The translations under genes were made by a program, and so were the position numbers. From Perkinsus olseni (lineage: Eukaryota): a stretch of 42,525 nucleotides of DNA. A model generated the notes under the pieces. It searched no databases. It was not told where the DNA came from and was given only the letters and a program-made list of their open reading frames with translations. Below are positions 35,279 to 42,525 of the stretch, one piece after another. Each line of letters begins with the position of its first letter. Positions within the stretch are counted from its first letter, which is position 1. The stretch lies in assembly GCA_013115125.1 (NCBI GenBank), contig JABANN010000288.1:1-42525 (forward strand). Reading direction: 5' to 3'.

Positions 35279-38049
35279 CTAACAGAACTCTCTAACGGGC
35301 ACTGTCTCCTGCCAGAATCTTCTATAGAAATCAAAGAACTTTCCTGAGGTGCTCACCTTGTACCTGAGGATCCCAGGGCCATACGACGTAGCTATGTGAA
35401 AACAACGACTCACGGTGTAGGGTTAACAGGCCTCAGGTGGTCCTGTCTGAAGGATCGCCTCGCCTTGTCGAACTGCTCTCTTGCGCTGTGGATATCAGGA
35501 CGATCCCCTCCTGCCGTCTTCGGGGATAATGATAAATGGCTGGCTTTGCCTGAGGGACCACGCCTGAGAGTGCATGGTCGTGTCCGCCACTTCTATTACC
35601 ATGGTCCCAGATGCAAACTAACATATTCTTAACACGTTCAGGGTTTACGTAGCATCTGAGCAGCAGAAGGATGAGTGAGAAGTGCAATGATGACGAGCTC
35701 CTACTAGCATACCTCTTCTGTTCATCAAACAAGTGGCGACAGAATACTCTCTCATGTGGCTTAGGTTCGGGTTCATCAACACCCTGCATGAGATCTAGAA
35801 TAGGTATACCATCTCTACCATACCTACACCAACAACAAGGACTAGTTTGAGACCAACGGAAGGAGTCACGCGTACAGTCTATACAGCGCCTTTCGAGAAG
35901 GGATTCCTTGCTTGGATAAATCTTGAGACAGCTTCATCCTAGGCTGACCGTTCAATTCTACTAATTTGTATCTACCAGAGGTGAGCTGAGGAAGCCCAGG
36001 GCTCTTAGTTCGAAATTACACCATCCCTAGAGCTGGCTGTGCCTGGCAGGTTACGAGATTGGTGCCTGTTCGAGGTCCGGTAATAGGTGGAGAGTGAGGG
36101 GAGTTCTCTCACCGATGCCGAAAGAATCTATGCTATGCTTCTGCTCCTTCAATGATATCATAACATCTTCGTTGATGTCATTAGATGCTACTATGTTGGC
36201 TGAACAGGAAAGGCATCATGTACCACCGGACGTCTTCTACTGCGTCCTCACCTTCGCGGATAAAAGTGAATCCCTCGCTCGCGAAGGCATCTGCTGCACG
36301 GATGAACAACTCGCGAGTTTTAATGCTGAGGTATCTAAGCTTGACCGACGTCATCCTTGATGAAGTGATCGAAACACTCACGCCAAGTCTCCACTGTCTA
36401 GGCGAATCCCAATGGCCTGGGAGCGTGCAATCCTCCAGAGTCCAAGAGCAACACTGAGGAAGTTGGGAATGCCGGAGGATAGAGTCTCGAAGGTGTCAAC
36501 CAAAGCCAGGAAGGCTGATGGGAAGGCTTGTGCGTAGCGGATGAAGGCCACCAGCTCACCATCATTACACATACCGACCTAGGGAGGGCAGAGTGTCTAG
36601 AGGAACACGACATCAGGTACTACACTGATGCCTAGAGCGATGCAGAGATCGATCCTTGCTTGCACGCAGGTCTGCTCGAAATCTCTGGTCCTCACTCGGC
36701 CAGCAAGGGAATCCGCTGAGAAGGGGGAGGAGGCCATGAGACTGCAAGGTGACGTAAGTCGGATAGTTAGTAGTACGGTTAGCTGTGTCTGGTGGCCTGC
36801 ACGGCTTGTCCAGATCCTCCAGTCCATGGAAGCTGGTGACGAAGGCGTGTGCATGAGTGCCTCCCAAGGGGATGTCGAAGGCATGGCCAGCTTTCACGTT
36901 GGAAGTAGCTGACCCGACAGCGGAGATAGTACGGCAGAGTTACGCCTGAGCCAGTTGTACCATCGAAGCCTCCTATGTATGCGTAGCGACTGGCCGAGAG
37001 CGCTCCGTCAGGGCCTTGAGCTCGGCGGCATCCAAACTCCATTAGTCTAGCTGAATCCCCGGCCGCTATACGCAACCTCGCCGCTTGCGTAGCCACCTGA
37101 GGTAGGGTAGCGGTGGCCTCCTTAGGGAGCAGAGGGATACTCACCAGACAAGGGAAGTTGAGGAGGTTGAGAATACCAGTCTCCAGGAGCTGGCATACAA
37201 TCAATGGGCCACCGACACGTAAGACAGGCTCACGAGGGAACACAAACTGAGCAAAGGAAGTGGGAGTAGGCAGCGTACAGGAGGAGTGGAACAGTCTCAC
37301 ATCGCCCTCTCTAACAGCATGTATGGTTACATCCTTAGCATCAAGTGTGAGGAGATATTGGAAGAAGTCATCGGAGGCAGTTGGTAGTTGGGTCTAAACG
37401 TTAGACGGCAAGCTAGCTGCTACTGCACAGTGTCCTTGGAACTCACTCTAAGATATTCGATGTTCATGGGTGTGAAACAGAATGTGTTGACGAACCTCAC
37501 GACCTCATCGATGCCTACACGACAGCAACGGCTGCGGGATACACTAATACCACATCATCACCTGCACATACTGCAAACTCGCCGTGGAAGGGGCACTTGC
37601 GGAAGTAGACATCGAAGACTGCATGATCTTCTGTCTTATCAGCCTGCCTGAAACAGGAGGGAAATGGATGATACGACCCTCCACCACACGATGAAATAAT
37701 ACTAAGTATTACCAATAAGCATATGCCATGGTTATCTGGTAGAGGTCTGTGAGGGTGGACTCTACCACGTCCGAGTGAGGAGTACCCATAGCTGGATCGC
37801 ATCTTTTACCTCCATGATGAACCCAAGACAGGCCCGGGGAACCTGCGATACCATCATGCTATCACTCCAACCAGCAGAATCGTAGCTACCTAGCTCGTCT
37901 TCATCCTCTTGATAACCCCTGGCAATGGCAGAGCTACTACGTAGTTTTGATAAGTCCTTTTGAGTGTTTATAGAGCCTGTACTAGAATGATGGTGCTGAT
38001 GGTGGTGGCCGCTGGCTGTGTTAGTAGTAGTAGTAGTAGGGGAGGGCAT
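35279..38049 (-). CDS. NAPRT: Nicotinate phosphoribosyltransferase (eukaryotic/Firmicute-type), multi-exon
   Basis: Motifs [122 protein letters not shown]. Ends VPVREFC*. Confidence 0.96.
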
Positions 38050-38140
38050 TGATGAGCAGGGTAGGGACCCTTCTGCTGCTATTAACCATGACTCGAACAC
38101 TAGGCCGCACAAAAGATAGTAATGCTGGTTACGACTTGCA

Positions 38141-41131
38141 TCAATGATCGTGCAAAAGCACATGGTGATCAATCCTTGAGAGCCGCCTCAATAGCCGCGT
38201 CTGTGAGGGGATTGCCTTCCAAATGCCGCCAATAGAATATGAGGAACTGGACGAAGTCAAGCGCTCCTTTGTGATTCTTGTCGGCGGTACGCCAAAACTC
38301 GTCCAACTTACTCTTACGCATTTCCGTTACCTAATGAAGTTACCACTAGCTGATACTGCGAGTCGTGAGCATATTTCTGTTATTATTACCTTGCAGACCT
38401 TGAGTAGGAGCTTCTCGAACTCATCCCGTTCAATGACCCCTGAGCCATCCTCATCCATCTGATACGATGTATGATGATCGCTGCTGTTATCAGTCAACGA
38501 CGTCTCACTTTGAGGAAGTTCCGGTAGACCTCCTCAGCGTCGAGTATGGGGATACCAAGCTTTCGGGCCACCCTCCGCACATTCCGCTCTGACTCGGGCA
38601 GCTCATCCTCGACCGTCGCGAAAAACGTGACCTGCAGCAGTAGCTCGAGGGGCACAGGAGGGGGCGATAATGCTACCCCACCTTATCTATATTATCTTCA
38701 CTATTCCTCCTGCCAAACATGCTGCCTTTACTACCCGCAGATAGACCAGAGGCAGCCGCGGCCTTCACTCTCGCTCGCTCCATGGCGACTCTCTCAGCTG
38801 CGGCAGCCATTTCACTGAGGTAGAGGGCATATATACAGGTAGGGCTAGAGGCTAACCGCCGCCGCTGCCGCCGTCAGGTACTACCTGTGTTTACCGCCAC
38901 TACTACCACCTCCACTTGATGCAGCAAAGCTGGCTACGTCCAAGGATGAAGAATTAGCTAATGCTGTCTGAAGAGGGTAAGGGTGGTAGAGTTAAAAGAA
39001 TGATGGGTGGTGGTCTTTACATAAAGGTCTGTAGTGATGTCTTGAAGATGCCTCCTGCTGATGCTCATGGACTTGATCATATCTTGACACCTCAAACTCG
39101 TATCATCGGCTACTACTCTACTTAAACGCTCCCCTTCTGGAGTACTATGATGAAGGTATCTGAGAAGGGGCGATGGACTGACTATGGGCTCCTGTGGCCC
39201 CCTCGTCATTACCGTGTAGCCACATTGGGGACACCGAGCCTGAAGAGGGTCTGTAGGCGTCGTCTAGATTTATATACTTTATTAACCCGTGCTATTTTCT
39301 GCTCTGGTGAAAGGGCTGTGGATACCCATACCGCCTCTCTACCAACAGAGCACCACCATCATCACCCTACCAGAGGCAAGGCACTACCTATCAGGCCTAG
39401 CTTCCTCCCCGGGGTCTCCGCTGCTGTTCACCCCTCGAGATCCATCTCTAGATGGAAGCATGTCCGATACGCTACGAACATAGTGTGACCTGTAGAGAGG
39501 CCCATAATTGCTATTGGAAATCTTACTGAGAATGATAATATCACCATTGATGCTCCTCTGGCAAGTCTTCCCACTTAGTGGTGTCATCAAAACCTAGCAC
39601 TTCTCTTAAATTCAGTTGGCCATTACCATTCGTATCAAACATATGGAAAAGCTCTCGTATACTTTCTGAAAAGGAGAAGTGTCCCCAGAAACATCACCGT
39701 GCTGCTCACTCAATCCTGTTATCTCCATCCATGGCACCCTTAGACGGGTTAACCCGTCCTGGAACTCTACGACAGACAGTACACCATTGCCATTGAGGTC
39801 CATAAGGTTGTATGCCTTGCGCAGGCTTCCACCACACAGTCCTTTCAAAGCCTCTCTAAGGCCCTCGATAGGGCCTAGTTCTTCAAGAGTCCTAGTGTCC
39901 AGCAAAGATTCCGGTAATGTGGGTTTACAGGTGTTCCGTCGAAGTTGGCCTTTTCTCAAAGATGGCCTGCTATCCCTTTTCGGGGTGAGTGGTACGAGCA
40001 GATTCGACGACCCATGGCCGCTTATCGTAGGTGCCACCTCACATGGTCTCTCATCTGTAGGTATCTTGATCACTATGGGTATCATGGGCTGATCTCTAGG
40101 GCTCTCCTGCCGTGTGGCTGTGACATGCAGCGGCAGTTGCAGCGGCAGTTGCAGAGGCAGTTGCAGAGGATCCTCCTCCCATGGATAAAAGTGCCACCCA
40201 ACCTCCTCGTATACCCGTCTTAGACAGAAGTCTACTAATCGCTGGGTTTCGAGCTCACCACCGACACTATGACCATCATCATCATCATCACCACTTGATG
40301 CTTGCCTAGATCCTTGGTGACCATGCTCATGTACTTGTGCATACTGATGCTTCATCTGGGATAGGGCAGTAGTGAGGCCTCTTACCTCGTCCAACGTCTG
40401 CAATCGCAACCTAAGATCACAGTACAGTATGATCATTGGGTACTTATCAACTACCTATCGAGTTTGTCAGCCCATTGACTATGTCTTCTGAAGAGGTCCT
40501 CAATATGCTTAACACGCTGCAACGCACTCCTCTTGGCAGCCCTTTTACGCCTCATAGCCTCCTCTAACCTCTTCTGTCTTATCCTATTGATACGTTCATC
40601 GTCACTCGTCTCATGCACGTAAGCACCACGAGAGTGTTCTTGCCTACTGTTCGTCATACTACCCTTTTCAAGGGAGTCTTCTGACCACAGCGCCGCGCCA
40701 GTGGACCATGTACTACTACCACTAGCTAGTGACGGTAGAGCCTCTGAACGATCTACTGACGATCCAGGCCTCAGGGACCTAGTACTATGAACTCCCCTTC
40801 TCGGTCTACAGCGCATCATCTCTCGGGATACTGCCCTTGCTACTCCACTGTACTGGAGTAAACGATGTTGGCGTGCTGACATACCACTCCTTCGCCAACT
40901 CGCCTCTGCGCTCCTCGTAGCAGCAAGCCGCTCCCTGTCGTTACCGCCGTCTAGTGATTTTAAATTGTGTAGGGATGACGAGGCAGTTGGGGCCCTGGTT
41001 GTTGTTGTTGCTGCACTAGGGATTCTCGGGAGGGAGGTACCAGAGGAAGTGCTAGCCCTAGACCTCTTAGTACCACTACTTTGAGGGCTTCGAGCCCATA
41101 CATCAGTATACACCGCTAGGGAGGCTAACAT
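38141..41131 (-). CDS. Multi-EF-hand calcium-binding protein with low-complexity linkers
   Basis: EF loops MDLNGNGVLSVVEF, FDTNGNGQLNLREV, MDEDGSGVIERDEF and ADKNHKGALDFVQF, plus an N-terminal basic coiled segment. Start is approximate. Confidence 0.8.
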
Positions 41132-41288
41132 AAAAGGCAACTGAGATCAACTTTACTCAGGATCGGATCTTGCGCGGAGAACACCTTTCACTGCTCTGCC
41201 ACTGCGCCACAAAATACCGCGCTCGCCCTTAGCTATTCTGATATTTGGAATCACATTGTGATATTCGTCAAAGCTGTGGAATTAATGC

Positions 41289-41373
41289 TTATCGAATGAT
41301 GATAAACTCTTCATCGATTCACGGTTGCTGAATCTTAGTGATGATAGACAAGTTGCGTCCTTACTGATGATAA
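41289..41373 (+). ncRNA. Box C/D snoRNA, predicted guide for 5.8S rRNA 2'-O-methylation
   Basis: Terminal stem TTATCG/TGATAA. Box C ATGATGA (41296-41302), D' CTGA (41328-41331), C' GTGATGA (41338-41344), D CTGA (41364-41367). The D guide GTTGCGTCCTT is antisense to AAGGACGCAGC (one G-U pair). The 5' element CTTCATCGAT is antisense to ATCGATGAAG. Both targets lie in the conserved 5.8S motif CGATGAAGRACGCAGC. Confidence 0.8.
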
Positions 41374-41803
41374 TAATAATACGGACTTTAGTGTATCATG
41401 GATCGTGTAGACGATTCATCACGGAGAGGTCCGATAATAATGCTGGCCAATTCCAGGACCTACCAAAGGAAGTGTTGATGGTAGGTAGTATATCAACAGG
41501 CGGATAGTGATAACAACGATGCTGTCAATCAGTCCATGAGTATCCCAAGTAACTCTTCCTTTCCAATGGCCCAATGATGTTGTGTAACTTAGTTCGGGCG
41601 TGAAGCACATCAAGGCCCACTACCGTACAGTAGGGGTCACAATTAGACCGCTCTAGAGGGTAGTTACCTTCATTTTCTACCATAAGCGCATCACGAGCCG
41701 AGCTATTGATAGACATTGCAAGGCTTGGTATCAGCAGAGCTTGTGAATTGACCCCATCACCTAATTGGATGCACCTCATCAGTTCCCATCAGTGTTGTTG
41801 CTA

Positions 41804-42452
41804 ATGCGTCGTGGTGGATTGGGTGCTGCTGGAGTTGCCCGTAGAAGGCAGGAGAATGTAGGGCGTCACTGATCACTAGTATCAAGATGTATTACTACTG
41901 TCTTATTAGAGGAGGATGGAGAGGATTGGTGAGTCCTTAGAGGCAGTGAGGTTAGAAACAGTCAAAGAGCAATGTGATACATTCAAAGAGAGACTACAGG
42001 TGCTGCCCATACACTGCTGTGTTCGAAGTGTCACCCGCAGCAGTAGAAAGATGGTGCCTTCCGTTAGGAATTCGCCACCAAATACCGATCTAAAATAGAG
42101 AGCGATGCCACATTCCGAGCACAGTTCCTGGGTATGTGCCAGTCCGTTGGCGTAGACCCCTTGCAGTGTAAGTGTTGGTGTAACTATGTAATGCTCCAAT
42201 TCCAGTGTCAATCGTTGTCAGCCACGAAGTCAGTCTTCGGGTCCATGCTGGGACTCGGCCGCTTTTATGCAGAGCTGGGCGTACAGGTACCGATAGGTTG
42301 CCTGCCTCCTCCTCTCCTTATCATGTTCCCATATTAATAGATACTAACGTTATGCCTAGCAACGCGTGAGGACAATGGGGGACTATTGGATATGGATGAC
42401 TGCCTTTCAATGTTACAGAATGTCCGTGCAACTAGCTCTGACGCTATATCCA
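41804..42452 (+). CDS. SNF8: ESCRT-II subunit Vps22/SNF8 (EAP30), 5' part, truncated by the window end
   Basis: Spliced: MRRGGLGAAGVARRRQEN|RRMERIGESL..FKERLQ|EFATKYRSKIESDATFRAQFLGMCQSVGVDPLQS|TKSVFGSMLGLGRFYAELGVQ|ILTLCLATREDNGGLL... This matches SNF8 signatures FxxMCxxxGVDPL, LGxGxFYxELGVQ and NGGL. Confidence 0.93.
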
Positions 42453-42453
42453 G

Positions 42454-42525
<72 letters not shown>
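42453..42525. repeat. (GTA)n microsatellite starting exactly at an intron donor of SNF8
   Basis: ...atatccag|gtagtagtag... continues to the window end. Confidence 0.95.

Noticed and set aside
41419-42211. Minus-strand ORFs (41525-41779 with NCDPYCTV resembling a C2 motif; 41906-42211)
   Set aside because: No other C2 features. 41906-42211 is antisense to the clear SNF8 exons, and the rest overlaps the putative ncRNA hairpins.
1-42525. CRISPR arrays, rRNA, intact tRNA, transposase/RT genes, alternative genetic code
   Set aside because: None seen. All confident genes translate with the standard code once GT-AG introns are removed.

Overview
Gene-dense eukaryotic (protist) DNA. Most introns are short (~45-90 nt) GT-AG, intergenic spacers are tight, and genes sit in same-strand blocks. 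This style resembles the alveolate Perkinsus (inference; not provable here). Both ends stop in trinucleotide microsatellites. Manual splicing gives about 18 genes: a nucleoredoxin/tryparedoxin-like protein (WCPDC); two tandem type-I membrane proteins (Cys-rich head, Thr mucin stalk, EGF-like module, TM); short-form RNase Z; a large ARM-like/TRAF-type zinc-finger/WD40-like protein; a multi-KH RNA-binding protein; three CYSTM-type paralogs sharing an N-terminal VxVPxGxxPG double repeat; a RING-HC protein; a type-II membrane hypothetical; two WS/DGAT acyltransferases; a COG2907-like FAD oxidoreductase; a long coiled-coil protein; NAPRT; a multi-EF-hand protein; and a truncated SNF8/Vps22. The best finding outside the ORF track is a box C/D snoRNA (41289-41373) with two antisense elements to the conserved 5.8S rRNA motif, followed by several hairpins that may form an ncRNA cluster. 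Also notable: a 115-nt gene-conversion-like tract between the DGAT paralogs, and a conserved 3' hairpin after both adhesin-like paralogs. CDS coordinates span introns and come from manual reading; some ends are approximate.
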